Source: Mustelus asterias
Lineage: Eukaryota
Length of the DNA stretch: 64,000 nt
Reading direction: 5' to 3'
NCBI RefSeq assembly: GCF_964213995.1
Contig: NC_135805.1
Coordinates: 47,492,001 to 47,556,000, forward strand
Below are positions 40,401 to 55,400 of the stretch, piece after piece (position 1 is the stretch's first letter; every line of letters begins with the position of its first letter). A program made the translations under genes and the position numbers. A model generated the notes under the pieces. It did not search any database and was not told the DNA's origin. It worked only from the letters and a program-made list of their open reading frames with translations.

Positions 40401-43400
40401 CAAGAGGTTAGGAATGGATCTTCCAATTAAGCCCTAATTTGATGTCAATTATTCAATAGATGTCACTGATATATAAAGGGCTACAGATGACACTGGGTGT
40501 TGGTGGAGAATTGTATGTGGAGTTGGATCAAAGAAATAAAAGGTAGTTTATGAAGAAGCAGATCTCATGTCTCTTTTACTGAACTGCAACCGAGAGACCC
40601 GAACACAAGAAACAATACTTTTCACTATATCCCAATACATGAAACAAATCAAACCAAACAGTACGGAAGAAAACATTGTCCTACAAACGACAGACACACA
40701 ATACAGAACAGTGTCAAGTCTCTGACGCAGTTTCGTTACCAACAATAAAAAAGGCAAAATCTGCAAGGAATTTTCAAAATGTGTAAGAAACGAAAATACA
40801 AATGCCAATCACACTTCGGGTTTCGTAAACTGGGCAGAGGACAAGAGAAAGAGACCATGAAATATTTGTATAAGCCAACAATTAATTAGAGACCAGGTGG
40901 CAGTTTCTGGTGGCCATTATAGAAGCAACATTTCAGTTATTGAGATGCCCCGCTTGGGTTCAGCAGGATAATGCCAAAAAATGGGAAACCATTGCTGAAA
41001 GTGGCTTGAGATTTTGGGACTCCCTTCACAGGAACAGTGAGGCATTGATGAAGGTCATTAATTTGACGCAGTCGGAGAGTGATAGACAGATTATAAAAGA
41101 AAATGTTGGTTGCTGGGGAACAGATCGCTTCAACAGAGGGAGTGATTTAGGTACAAACCATTGCACCTCGAGGAAATTTGATTAAATAACGGCACAATAA
41201 ATATCTATTGGGGAATAAGAGAGAAATTAGTTTAGCTTCATCACACAGCCAGCATACGGCATGGGCCAAACAATTTGTGCTGTAAACTTATTTAGCAACG
41301 TACACAGGAATTTGCAGCATTGATGTGTTTCAAGTCACAAAGACAAGCAGTGTCCTCAGAGTAAGTGAAATGTAAAAAGAGTAGAAACAATAATTCAAAA
41401 ATAGGAATTTCAGAGGGGAGAGGCAGAGAGATTTAACTGAAATTTAAAAAGGGTAATAGGTAGAAATTAATATAGGAATTAGTTGGATATGAGATGATGT
41501 ATTTTGGGAGGTCTATAAGGGTAGGATAGAGACAATGAAAGGTAGGTCCTTGAACATGGCAGTACAGGTAGATAGTGTGGTGAAGAAGGCATACTGAATG
41601 CTTGCCTTTAATAGCTAGGGCATACAATATAGGGGAGGTCTTGGTCCAACTTTATAAAACATTGGTTAGGCCACACTTGGAGTATTGTGTGCAGTTCTGG
41701 CCACCAGACTATCGGAAGGGCATGATTGCACTGGACATGGTGCAGAGGAGATTCATCAAGATGTTGCCTAGGTTGGAAAGCTTCAGCTATGAGATGAGAA
41801 TGGATAGGCTGGGTTTGTTTTCCCTGGAGCAGAGGAGGCCGAGGGGGGATCTGATAGAGGTATACAAAATTATGAGGGGCACAGATAGGATAGATTGTAA
41901 CAATCTTTTCCGCATGACAGAGGTGTCTAAGACCAGGGGGCAGAGGTTTAAAGTGAGTAAGTGGTTTAGAGGTGATGAGAAAAAATATTTCCACCCAGAC
42001 GGTAGTGGAAATATGGAACATGCTATCTGAGAGGGTGGCGGAGGCAGGTACTTTCACAACATTTAAGCAGCATCTGCATGAGCACTTAAATCACTAAGGC
42101 ATAGCAGGTTATAGACTAAATATTGATAAATGGGACTAGTACAGATTGGTAGTTGATGTTCGGCATAGACATGATGGGCCAAAGGGCCTGTTTCTGTGCT
42201 GTATGACTATGACTAAACAGCCCATTTGTGCTGTAATTTCAAAGTGCCGGATGTATCAGTCTAAAAATTTGTTCAAATGCTGCGACAAAACAGAAAAAAG
42301 TCCCCCCGCACCCCCCTCATGCTAATGAGCACCAAATTTCAATGCAATAACTAGGTGCAACTGAAATCTACGTACAAGAAATATCAGGCGAAATACATTT
42401 GGTGGAGGTACGTCGCTTAAAATTCAATCGCTCTATTAAATATTTCACCTGCTCAAATCCACCAAGTAGTTCTGTGGTGTCCATCGCACTGTTCATTGCC
42501 ATAACCTTTAAATTTTGACCTGTTAAAAGAGCCAAGAGCTGGATTAGGCTGGTTTTCCCGCTGGCAGTCGGCCCCACCAGAATGACCATCCAGCCCATCT
42601 GTGTACACTTCATGATGGACTCCAGTGGCTGAAGCGAATGGTGAAGAACAGAGAGCTGCTTCTTTGATATTGGAACAGCGAACCCACTACGAGAAAGTGT
42701 CGAATACCCAACCTGAAACAAAAAAGAACACAGTCATGCTTATAATGGCTTGCTTTGAAGGGTAGAGTAACTCAAAAGGTGGACTAAATGTTAAGTTTTT
42801 GTGCAATACTTTTGTATACTGTTCTGTAATCCAATATTAAAAGTTCAAATCGCAAACCTGAACATGCTGTGGTGTGATGTGGAATTTTCTGGACCCGGTG
42901 TAGGGAAGTGATCGAATTCCATCACCTTCTGAATGTAAAATGCCTTCAAATACAGAAAACATCTTGGAGGGAAAGAAATAAGAAATAACATTAAATGGCC
43001 AAAGTTAAATGAGAACTTTTTCTGCACAAGGGCAAACTCAACACCATTTCTGAGATGATTATTAAGGCAAAGAAAGAAACAAGGCGATCGTGAATACAGT
43101 TAAATTGCCTCAGTTTCAATTCACAATAGATTTACCAACTAGTACCTCAAATATACACTAGGGTAAAGAACAAAGAGTATTTAAAATGCAAGGCAGTCGC
43201 AAAGTCACTGGACTTGTAACCCAGGGGCTGAGGTAAATGCACTGGGAACGTAGGTTAAAACCCCACCATGGCAGCCGGTGGAATTTAAATTCAATTCGTA
43301 AATCTGGAATTAAAAAGCTAATCATAGTGACCATGAAACCATTGCTGATTGTGATGTCCTTCAGGGAAGGAAATCTGCACTCCTTACCCGGTCTGGCCTA

Positions 43401-46400
43401 CATGCTACTCCAGACCCACAGTAAAGTTTTTGACTCATTAACCGCCCTCTGAAGTGGCCTAACAAGGAACTCAGTTGAAGGGCAATTAGGGATTGGCAAC
43501 TCCACAGCCCATGAAAGGATAAATAACAATTAAGAAAGATATTTTAGTTTTAATTATGACGAGCTCAGCCACACCTTTAAAACTCCACATACTTGGCAAA
43601 ACTAATTGAGTGTTCAATCATGAAATGCAAGTTGTACAAAGCACTAACCTAGAGAACTCGGTTTTCTCCGCTGGGTTGGCGAATTACATCTACAGTACTT
43701 TCAAGCAGTGATGTAACAAATAGCAAAAATTCTCAAAATAATACGCAATTCTGAAAAAGGTATACAAATCACATGATGTAGCTTTTAACCAATATGCATA
43801 AATCCTTCCATAGCCATGCTAGGTGGATTGGCCATGGTAAATTGCCCCAAAGAGTTCAAAGATGTGTAGGTTAGGGGGATTAGCCATGGTAAATGTGCGG
43901 GGTTAGAGATGGGTTGGGCCTGGGTAAGATGTTCTTTCGGAGAGTCGGTGCAGACTCGATGGGCCTAATGGCCTCCTTCTGCACTGTAGGCATTCTATGA
44001 ACTGACCGCACTAAAAATAAAGCAACTACAGAAAAGCTCAGTTGACATGCTTACATGGTTTCTGTCTGCCTCAGATCGCATTCGGTCTGCATACACCAAA
44101 GCAACATGCTGGCCTGGGTCATAGCACCCAGGCATCTGATCTACCAACATCAGCTGGCACCAGCGGAAAAGGTCACGCAGGTTAAATTCCCATGGTCCTC
44201 CTTTCTGTCCCCACTTTCTTTCCACCGTTACTTCTTGGTTAATCTTCCAAGAACAAAAACAATTGAGTTAGTTAATGTCCAATGCTTTACATCCAACCTT
44301 GTTGTCTTGCATCAAAAAAAAAGGATCTCTTACCTTGCAATTAAAATGAACCATTTTGCTGATGATATTTTTACCAATTGCAGGAAACATGGTGTTTGCA
44401 ATGTACTCCATGTCTGTAACCGTAAGCTGGTCCACATATACCTGCATTAGAAAATCAATATTAACCCCAACAAAAATGACACTCAAGAAACAATACAGAA
44501 AATATTACAGGAAAATTTGGCATCATTTTTTACGCAATTGAATTGCATACACTGAACACATTCTTGATGCACTGGCAAACAGCTAAATATCATTATTCAA
44601 CACACTCAAAAAAATGGATCACTTGCGGCTGCACCTAAAACGTCAGCAATGGCTCGTCTTTGGCCCATGCTCCACTGCAGTATTTAAGAGCCTTTAGACC
44701 AGCCTTTAGTGCTACAGTGTCAAATGTGAGGCATTTAAAATGCGAAGTTAAATTGAAGCACAACTCTCCCAGGTGGATATGGAGGATCCTATGACATTAC
44801 TGAAAGAACAAGGGAGTTCTGTCTCCCAGCCAACTAGGTAAGAAGTTTAACAACACCAGGTTAAAGTCCAACAGGTTTATTTGGTAGCAAATGCCACTAG
44901 CTTTCGGAACAGGCCGTCCTTTCGTCAGGTGGAGTGGAGAAATGCCCAGCCAACTATCCAGGGATGTGAAACTTCAGTTGTGAGGATAGATTGGGACTGT
45001 TCTCTTAGGAGAGAAGGCGGCGAAGAGGCGATCTGATAGAAGTTGATGCAAGTGTTCAAAATCATGAGGGGCTGGACAGAGAAGAGAGGGAGAAACTGCT
45101 CCTGCTCATAATTGGATCAAGAACGAGAGGGCACAAAAAGGGAAAAAGGGGGTGGGTGGGGGAAGAGGAGTAGATAAAAATAAAAGAACCTTGAATTACT
45201 CTGCCTAAGGTTTTCAAAGGGGCCAGAAAGTATTAAAATGCTTCCACCTATAAGCTCATCATTCGCTAAATTTTCAAACAAAACAAAAGCTCACCAGCTA
45301 AGAACCTACACGTTATTTACCAAATTGTAATACGAGACCAAATGGCTGATGAAATCAGTAACGAGATGCAACTTATTAGGTTCAAACAGAAGGCTTCATG
45401 AAGTGCATAGGATGGAGGGTTATAGGTAGGCCTAAAAAGTAGGGATATATGTTCGGCACAACTTGTGGGGCCAAAGGGCCTGTTTTGTGCTGTAGTTTTT
45501 CTATGTTTCCAAGTGTACCTCTGATTGCTTAGCAGAATAATGGGTCATGAGCTGGGATATATGGGCAGAGCAAAGTCGACTGCGCTCATTATCCTACCTT
45601 ACCTGTGTGAACCTGTTGAGGAACGACTTGGGGAGACCTTTCCTTCCACCCCCTTGGCGATAAGGATTCTGACAACCAAAGATCTTAGTCCTCTCGTGTT
45701 CCACACTAAAGTGATGGCCCAATTCGGGGATAAAAATCTCAGCGCGATGGTCGAAGCAGGCATTTAGTCCCTCTAGCACAGACTGGGAAGCCAGGTTTAG
45801 CTGAAAGAACAATGTTAATTAATAGTCATTCCATCTTCAATAATATCTTTCATTACTTGCTTTTTGCATTAGTGTTGCTGAAGATAGTGAAATGAAACTC
45901 AATTAAGTTCAAAATCTGCCCATCAGCACAGATGGGAGAGGCACATTACGAGCACTGAATATATAATTATGTGAATCCAGAGACATTTATTGACACTGAA
46001 CAAAACGCAGGGGATGTTTTGAGTAGCTAAGCTGAATGATTCAATTATATCTCAATGGCTCGTCATCCAAAACTTTATCAGCTGAAAGACATTAAAAACA
46101 CACCACCCTTAGAATTCCTGCTGATAAAACAATATAGTCTGTTACACAAACAAAAAGTCGCTAGATAAACTCAGCAGGGGCAGCATCTGTGGAGGAGAAA
46201 CAGCGTTAACATTTCAAATCCAACATGACCCCTCTTTGGAACGCGAGAGGTCGAAATGTTCTGGGTGTTATGTTGTTGAAAAAGGGGGAGTGCCATACAG
46301 TCCAAAAAGGGAAGATCAGGGATAGGCCAGAGAGCGGGAAATATTTCTCTCCCATGTTTCACAGCATAAAACCTGTCAGATTTCTACCTCTGTAGTTCCA

Positions 46401-49400
46401 AAAATGAGCCTTATTGGACTCAAAAAGTTAACTCTTTCCTTCTCCTCGGATGCTGCTGGACCTGCTGAGTTTTTCCAGCATTTTTATTTCAGATTTACAG
46501 CATCTGCAGCATTTTGCTTTTATTTTATTATCTCATACATTGTTTACCCTAAAATTGCATACTCTTTCTACAGAAAGAACAAATCAATACGACGAGGCTG
46601 GAAGATGATAGAAGAAAAGGGAGGAGAAAGGAAAGCAAGTTTCAACAGCTCTGCTTGGACATAGAATCACAGAATCCCTAGTGTGCAGGAGGCCACCATT
46701 CAGCCCATCAAGCCTGCACCCACACCAATCCCACCAGGGCCATATCTCTGTATCCCTACATATTTACCCTGCTCGGCTCCCTGACATTAAGGGGCAATTT
46801 ACCGTGGCCAATCCACCTAACCCGGGCATCGTTGGAGTGAGGGGAAACCAGAGCACCTGGGAGGAAACCCACGCAGACACGGGGAGAACGTGCAAACTCC
46901 ACACAGAGAGTGACCCGAGAACCCTAATATGTCCCTAATAAGGGAGGAAGTCTTCCATGTGGATAACTGATTGAAGCAAAGAAAATTAAGAACCAAATGT
47001 ATACATTCTGCAGTCATGGATTGATGTTGGACTAATCATGGATCTGGAACATATCTGTTTGGCCATTCAGTCAAAGGGCATTTACAAGGGGGTGGGAGGG
47101 AGAGAAAAGCTGAGGAGTGTAAAAACCCAACACGTGAAAGATGACAATAAGTCACCGAGTTTTAATTAATTTCAGTTGTCATTGATGAATACACAGGGGC
47201 CACTTGAAGCCCTTTAGGTACAATGGAGGTTCTCTGCTGTTTCAAAACGAAAGCATAACAGAAAGCTCACATCCACACACAGCCATCTCAATCAATCTCA
47301 CATCGGTGCTACATTTTTGTAAAATGATGAAGTTGCTCAAGACCCAAGGTTTGGTGATGAGATTAACTAAAGCAGATCAATAACACTCACCTCATCTAAA
47401 ACAATCCAATGTCCAGCCTTGAGGGCTGCAAGCAGAGGACCATCACGCCAGGCAAATTCGCCTCCTTTACCCCCCTCAACAGGCAGGTCTGTCCCAAACA
47501 AGTCAGTCACATCCTACAGGAACAGCAGTTTTTGTCAATAATTAGTACAGGTCAAAGACAGAAATCTTTTATCAGTCACATTTATTCCATTTAACACAGA
47601 AATTTCTGGCTGCAAACAGGAGGAAATTAATCATAATGGTAAGCATCGGATATATAATCTATGCTGCATTGAATAGTCAACTTTAGAGCAACTGGCCAAA
47701 TTGGTAACTGCAATTATGGATTTATTACAATTATATATGTTGGGCAATACAACCATTAATAAAAATTCAATCTGCACTCCCAATCGTTTCCAGCCAAATT
47801 AAATTCAGCTCTGGCCGGAGGCATAACACTGAACAATTAAAATCAAACATCACATCAAGCCCAAGACCAAGTGCAAAGCCTTTTCTTGTCAGCTTGGATC
47901 TTGTTTGTCTCCTTTGTGGGGACCATGAAATGGATTAAATTTAAATTGGTTTTTGGAGTTAGTGAGAGATTAAGGGCTTGTCTACTCTGCACATTAAGCT
48001 GGCATTGTGAGACTTCTCAAAGTCCAACAGGTTTATTTGGAATCACAAGCTTTCAGAGCGCTGCTCCTTCATCAGATGACTCACCTGATGAAGGACCAAC
48101 GCTCCGAAAGACAGTGATTCCAAATAAACCTGTTGGACTTCAACCTGGTGTTGAGAGACTTCTTATGTGCCCACCCCAGTCCAACACCGGCATCTCCACA
48201 TCGGCTTTGTAACTTTAAGAATGGAGTAAAATTAAAAACAAACAACCAACCAAATGATGTTCATCAATTCTGTGGGTGTCCTGGCTAACATTTATTCCTC
48301 AATTATCGCGATTATCTCTTCATTTCTCTTATTTATTTGCAAATTGACTGCCATCTTCTCCATATTACAACATAGACTAAACTTCGTAGTTAAATCATTC
48401 AACTGTGAATCATTTTGGGATATCCAGAGACATTATATAAATAAATATTTTACGTCTTCTGCATTGTTGCTGCCGAATACATCAAAATTTTCCTGCTTTG
48501 TGAAAAATCTGAATTCTCAGAATGCAGCCTGCTTTTATAATGATTTAAATTGAGATTCATGGGAAAGGGAAAACAACGACTCGGGAAAGTTCAATCGCAG
48601 GCAACAGGACTTCAAGCTGTCTTCACACTAACTTACTGTTTGCTCAGAAAGGTTGATTCGGACAAGCTGGTTTCCAGAAGCCTTTGCCAGAGCTGTTACC
48701 AAGCTCGTCTTTCCAACTCCTGGTGATCCCTCTAATAGAATTGGCCTTTTTAACTTCAATGCTCGCAGCAGTCTCAGTGCATTCATCGCTGTTGTGCCAG
48801 CATTCAGTGCATAGTCTGTGACTGCAATTTTCTCTGCAGCAGCCCCTACTGAAAACATTAACATACACATTTATAGACATGCACACAAAGTTCTTTAAAG
48901 CCTATATAATCAGTCACCATGAAACAATATTGCACCCCCCTGGAATCAAATGAGGCAAACTGATCAATTTTTCCCAGGGGCAGGATATTCCGGCCACACT
49001 CGCCCCAAGGCCGGAATATCCCACCCAAGGTCACTGGACCTTTGCATGGTCTGTGTCCCGCCTGCTACAATTCCCGTGGTGGGCGGAATGGGAAAAGTCA
49101 GCCCCAGATGTTTTGTCATAGAGGTTACAGCATGAAAACAGGCCCTTTGGCCCAACTTGTCCATGCCGACCATTTTTTAAAAAAAACCCCTAAGCTAGTC
49201 CCAATTGTCCGCATTTGGCCCATATCCCTCTATACCCATCTTACCCATGTAACTCTAAATGCTTTTTAAAAGACAAAATTGTACCCGCCTCTACTACTAC
49301 CTCTGGCAGCTTGTTCCAGACACTTACCACCCTCTGTGTGAAAACATTTTCCCTCTGGACACTTTTGGATCTCTCCCTTCTCAGCTTAAACCTATGCTCT

Positions 49401-52400
49401 CTAACTTTAGACTCCCCTACCTTTGGGAAACGATATTGACTATCAAGCTGATCTGTGCCCCTCGTTATTTTATAGACCTCTATAAGATCACCCCTCAACC
49501 TTCTACGCTCCAGAGGAAAAAAGTCCCAGTCTATCCAGCCTCTCCTTAATTCAAACCATCAAGTCCGGGTAACATCCTAGTAAATCTTTTCTGCACTCTT
49601 TCTAGTTTAATAATATCCTTTCGATAATAGGGTGACCAGAACTGTACACAGTGTGTACATGGTCACATGTTACATGTTTTAACTCACGTAACCTTGCTGC
49701 TGGTAGCTTGGAAGAAGCACAAACAGACAAATTTAATTACAAGAAAAAGGCCGAAAAGAATTTGAAATTCAGCATCTAGAAAAGTGAAGGTATGTACTTT
49801 AAAACAAACTATAAGGATTTCGGATTTCATTGTAATGTTATTAGACAGGCTATCCCACAAATCTGGCCATGTTTGATGGAATGATCTCCTCACTTTGGAA
49901 GTTAGAATATTTAAAATGAAATCACGGTGGAACAACGGTTAGCACTGCTGCCTCATGGCACCAGGGACCTGGGTTCGATTCCCGGCTTGGGTGGCTGTGC
50001 GGAGTTTGCGCGTTCTCCCCGTCTGTGTGGGTTTCCTCTGGGTGCTCTGGTTTCCTGCCACAGTCCAAAGACGTGCAGGTTAGGCATATTAAATTGCCCC
50101 TTAGTGTCAGGAGGATTATTGGGTAAATATATGGGGTTACGGGGATAGGGACTAGTTGGGATTGTGGTTGGTGCAGACTTGATGGACCAAATGGCCTCCT
50201 TCAGCACTGCAGGGATATTATACCAACTCTGGCAGACATAATCCAATACAGGTTAGCAGCCTTGGAGGAATGAATGATGGGTGTTTTAATACGAAAATCG
50301 GCCTTTTGGAAAAGGGTTTTTGGAGGCTGTGAAATCAATGACCAAACAAAATTTATAATGATTGCCAGATGAAAACATACCAGAATCCTGGTTTGCCTTC
50401 TACTATCCTGGTACTACACGTGACGATAATGGAGTTGTTGACTTAATCAGAGCAATCAATTAGTCTTCAACAAACCCAGAAACACGACAAGGAAAACCTT
50501 GGTGGTGAAGTGCTTTGAGGTTCATAAAATGTCATGTAGACTTCCCCATTAGAAAGATCCAGATATACACATTACAGGGCATAGTACACAATGACAAATA
50601 GTACCAGGGACCAAACTGCTTCACACATATCTCAAATGTATGACTTCAATGTGCTAACAAAAACAACTCTTAAAACTAGTGGTCCAAAGTCACCACCCCT
50701 TCCAAAGCACAAGATACTTACAATGACTTTTGTGTCTTAAATTACTCAACATATATCATTTAGTAGGGAGACTGGGAAGAAGCAAAAATTGGGAGGTACA
50801 AATTGATCAGGTTTTCAAGAATATGTCATTAATCGCTCTCCAATCCTTACCAATGGGAATGTAGAATGGATGAATTCCAAAACAGTGTTTCGTCCACACA
50901 ACCTTCCTCTTTTTTTTCTGATCGTAACTGTTCAGCATTTTCCAAACACGTTTTGTCAACTTTGTAACTTTGGACAGTTTTTTAAAAAGAAAGTTCAGAC
51001 ATGCTTTCCGTGCAGCCAGAGTTGCTTCTGAAGAACAGAATGTAGACCCTGGAAGGAAATAAAATCAAAGGGATCAAACCTATAGGCACAATTAACTTGC
51101 AGTTCAGATGAACAGTCTGCCAAGGCAACACTGACTTCAGATTCCCTTGTGCCTTGGGCTGAGCCACTGAACAATGTATTTTACTACAGGAAATATTAAA
51201 TGAAAAGAAATTTGTTTTTCCTTTCCAATACTTTCATTTTAGAACGTTTAGCAAAATTCATTTTTAAAAAGTGAGTACAGATTAATTAGGCTGAATATCC
51301 AGTTTCTATGATGCAAATTCTATATAGACGACTACATTTATGGACAGCCATAAATCAAACACAAGGCAGCTTGAATCAGGAATTAAAAGGCAAACTGCGA
51401 TCACATCCAACTGCTTGGAGAATGGGAAACACAGCCTCTCTCAGCTCATCGTTTCAGGATGAGTTTTTTAAATACACATTGGGCTCATCAAAACATGAAC
51501 AGCATGGGATTTTAGATTTTGCCTATAATAGGGGGAAAAATTACCACATGTTAAACACATTTCTTATTTTCCTCCTGTTCTTTAGATTTCCCACATGCAC
51601 ATCATTGCTGGAACAAGTGGACTGTAGGTAACCTATTCTCAGTTCTTTGAAATTATTGGCCTCAAATTTGTTGCTAGTTTGCAGTGGAGCATAAAATGGG
51701 TCAGCTTTGCATTTCCCCCACTTCTACAGCGAACTTTCTCTCCTGAAAAATGTCCTCACTGTGGAGAGGGCAATGTTACGGACAGGAGAAAGACGTTTCC
51801 ACTTAATAATGGCAGTTTCATAGCAAACCCCTGGGTGACAGAGTGCTTAGCACTGCTGTCTCAGCGCCAGGGCGATTCCTGGCTTGGGTCACTGTCTGTG
51901 CGGAGTCTGCTCGTTCCCCCCGTGGGTTTCCTCCGGGTGCTCCGGTTTCCTCCCACAGTCCAAAAGACGTGCTGGTTAGGTGCGTTGGCCATGCTAAATT
52001 CTCCCTCAGTGTACCCAAACAGGCACCGGAGTGTGGCGACTAGGGGATTTTCACAGCAACTTCATTGCGGTGTTAACGTAAGCCCTACTTGTGACACTAA
52101 TAAATAAACTTTTAAAAAGCTAACACATACCAGATCCAATTCCATCGATACAAGTGAGGCAGGCAGCATGTATGAACCCAGTGACAGGGTCAAGCTGGAA
52201 ATCGCCACTTTCATCCAAATCCCGAATGTCTGAGGCTGCCTCTTTAGTTGCAACATTCATGAAGTTTACCCAGGACAGAACATCACGGATGCTCAACACA
52301 CATCGACGCCCAAACTCTTGATTCTTTAACCAGTCAATGAAATCCAGAACAAGTTCCGCTATATCTTTGCCTGTAATACATAGGGGGAAAATGACCACAT

Positions 52401-55400
52401 TTTAAACCCAATTCTGGTTTCCTTCCTGATCTTTAGATTTCCACAGGCACACCACTGCTGGAGCAAGTGGACTGTAGGGAACCCTATTTTCAGTCCTTTG
52501 AAATTATTGATCTCAAATTTGTTACAAGTTTGCAGTGGAGTGCAAAATGGCTCAGCTTTGCATTTCCCCACTTCTACTGCGAACCTTCCCTTCTGAAAAA
52601 TGTCCTCACTGTGAAGAGGGAATTCTTCACAGAACAAGACAGGAGAGAGAGAGAGGAGAGAGAGACAGGTAAACTGTACTTATTTCCTTTCGCCACCTGC
52701 CCCCAGGCAGAATGTGTTTCAAATCATTTTTAAAGTCTGGGGCAGCGTATTTTCCCAAACATTCAATTTGTGACATCCAATTTACTGATAATCATCGCAT
52801 TTTTATTAACTCAGAAGTGAGCTAATTTCACCTTCAAACCCCCTGCAGGAGTGTTAGCAGTGTCCCAATTTCACCCCACCCCACTGACCATAAAGGGGGT
52901 AGGGAGGGAGAAGTGGACGATAGAGGGAGTTTTACAACTATTTCTTGTCTCAGACTCTGTGGAATTCTTTACTGCAGAGAGTTGTAGAGGCTGTGACATT
53001 AAGTATGTTCGAGGCGGAGTTAGATAGATTTTTAATCAGTAAGGGAATCAAGAACAATGGGGATGAGGCGGGAAAGTGGAGTTGAGGATTATGTCATGAT
53101 CTCATTGAATGGCGGGACAGACAGTATGGGCCGAATGGCCTACTTTGGCTTCTACATCTTATGGTCAGTAACCGAACAAGAACAACTGACATCAATATTC
53201 GCTCACGCGAGAGAGTTGAGTCAGCGTTCAATGGGAATTCTTTCAAGTAGGAGTTAAGAGTTCAGCTGTCGAGGATCAGAGTTGTAGGATTTGTTACACA
53301 TTTGCTACTGATGCTGCAAGGTGGTGAAGTAGGTACATATGGGCTGGGTTGGTTCTGCCGACGATGGTAGGAAACCAGACTTGAGGAGCAGGCTGTTATT
53401 CAGCCTGAAGGGCGGTTTCTTGGTGGTTCATCAGTTGGTTGTTAAACAGCAGGCTAAAGATGTAGGGCTAGATTCTCTGGACTCCCAGCCACATGTTTCC
53501 CACTGGCGGGATGTGGCGCATTGTTTGCTAGCGGCGGGATTCTCTGCCCACCACTTTCAATGGGAATTCTCACCAACGTCATCCCACACCAGCAGGAACC
53601 CCGCGGGCAGGGGTGCATTGCTGGCAGGACAGGAGAATCCCACCGGTATGAACAGCCAGAGAATTCCGGCTGTAATGTGATAATTGTCCAAAAAAGCCAG
53701 AGGCTTGGGTCATGTGACACGCCACATTAATGGTTAATTAGTTAGTTTCTGCACTTCTGGCCAGAATTGCTCCTTAAGAGAGACACAAAGTGGTTTTTAG
53801 CATCTCTTCCAGCACAGTGAGTTTCGATCTCTCTCTTTTGTGACAGTTGGTCACGTGACTTGTAACAGCCATCCTTTTTGATTCCACAGAAAATCCATTT
53901 TTAAAAATAGCAATAAGAATAAAGTTTTGAATGGTGTTGGATTTCTTTTTCATGTCATAGGAACTCAACAACAATCAGAGCGCAAGTAAAAGCCCTTTGT
54001 GCACGACATAAAATGAACACCGACTGTCTTCGGTCCAAGCTTCTGGGGCAGTGAATATTACAAAAACGTCCCTTTGACTTATCAGAACTACTATTTCAAT
54101 TCCGCTTACTTTGACTTGGAGACAGTAAGTTTGAGTGAGTACAGGGCCAGACTGATGGTTGCCTCTTAAAAATCAAAACCTAAGTAGAGCATAAAGGGTT
54201 TCCTTCTATAGAACAAGGAAAAGCTACTTTAAAATCTATTCAGGGATGAATACAAAATGATAGGAAAAACTTTGCAATACCCAGAATTAATTCATGTGAC
54301 CAATAAACTGATGAGCTGACTCAATAGCCCAATGATAAGGCTGAACATTCAGCCTTTCACTCCAGGTCATTTCTCAAAATGCACAAAACTTCCAACAAAA
54401 ATAAAGGTAATACAAGTCCGCGGCATTCCCCACCTCCATGATCTTGCCCATCTAAAGAGAGTCCAGGGTTTAAATTATGTTGAATGATCACCATCATATC
54501 CTCCCGGCTGTTGCTCGGTGGGCACCAGATCTCAGTGAATCGGTTCCTCAGGGCTGGCGAAAGCTGAAATGTTAAACAATGGGTCAACTTGCATCACAAG
54601 AGCAGACGGCTTCAAATTTACAAATTTTCTATTTCTCTCTCAGACACCTCATCCGAAAGGATATTTTGTTAGTAATAAAACTGAAAACGGTTCCAATATA
54701 AAACAGGTTTAAAACAACTGATGTAACCACTATATTGGTGTCCTATACGTACAGACAATCCAGAGCGAGATGGCAAATGTAATCTTTTAATTGGAAACAA
54801 AAGCGTAAAAGCAGAAGAAACCTTACCAGGTTTCTAAAAACAAGGGCAGACCATCAAATGGTAGGGTGAAACGTTAACAAGCTTGTCCACTGAAGGTGTA
54901 ACAGGGGAGAAGGAGGGGCCGTAATGTTAAACGTGATGAAAGTCACGACAAGCAAGAGGAGCAAAGCCATTCAGCCCACCTAGCTCACCCATCCACTGAA
55001 ATTTATGATTTCTCCATCAGACTAACAGCGTGAGCAGAAGAGGTGCAATGTCTACAATGCGATAGCTAAAGTGGAACCATGAGAGTCTAATCATGGAGGT
55101 AAATGGGAGAGGAGTGACAAAATGGAGGAGGGGGAACCACCATAGTTAAAAGCAGCAGCAGATGAGGAATAGATGGCTTGTCACAGCGACAGCCCTCACC
55201 CACTTCAGGCCTCACTCTTAATTCTGCGGTCAGCATTAGAAATGAATCGAAGAGTCTTGAATAGTGTGGCAGTATTATAGCACAACATACTCCAGAGTTT
55301 GAGGAAATAGGGAATCCATAGAATCCCTAGAATGCAGGTGGTGGTCATTCGGCCCATCAATTCGGTACTGACTCTCCAAAACAGCACCGTACTAAGTGTG

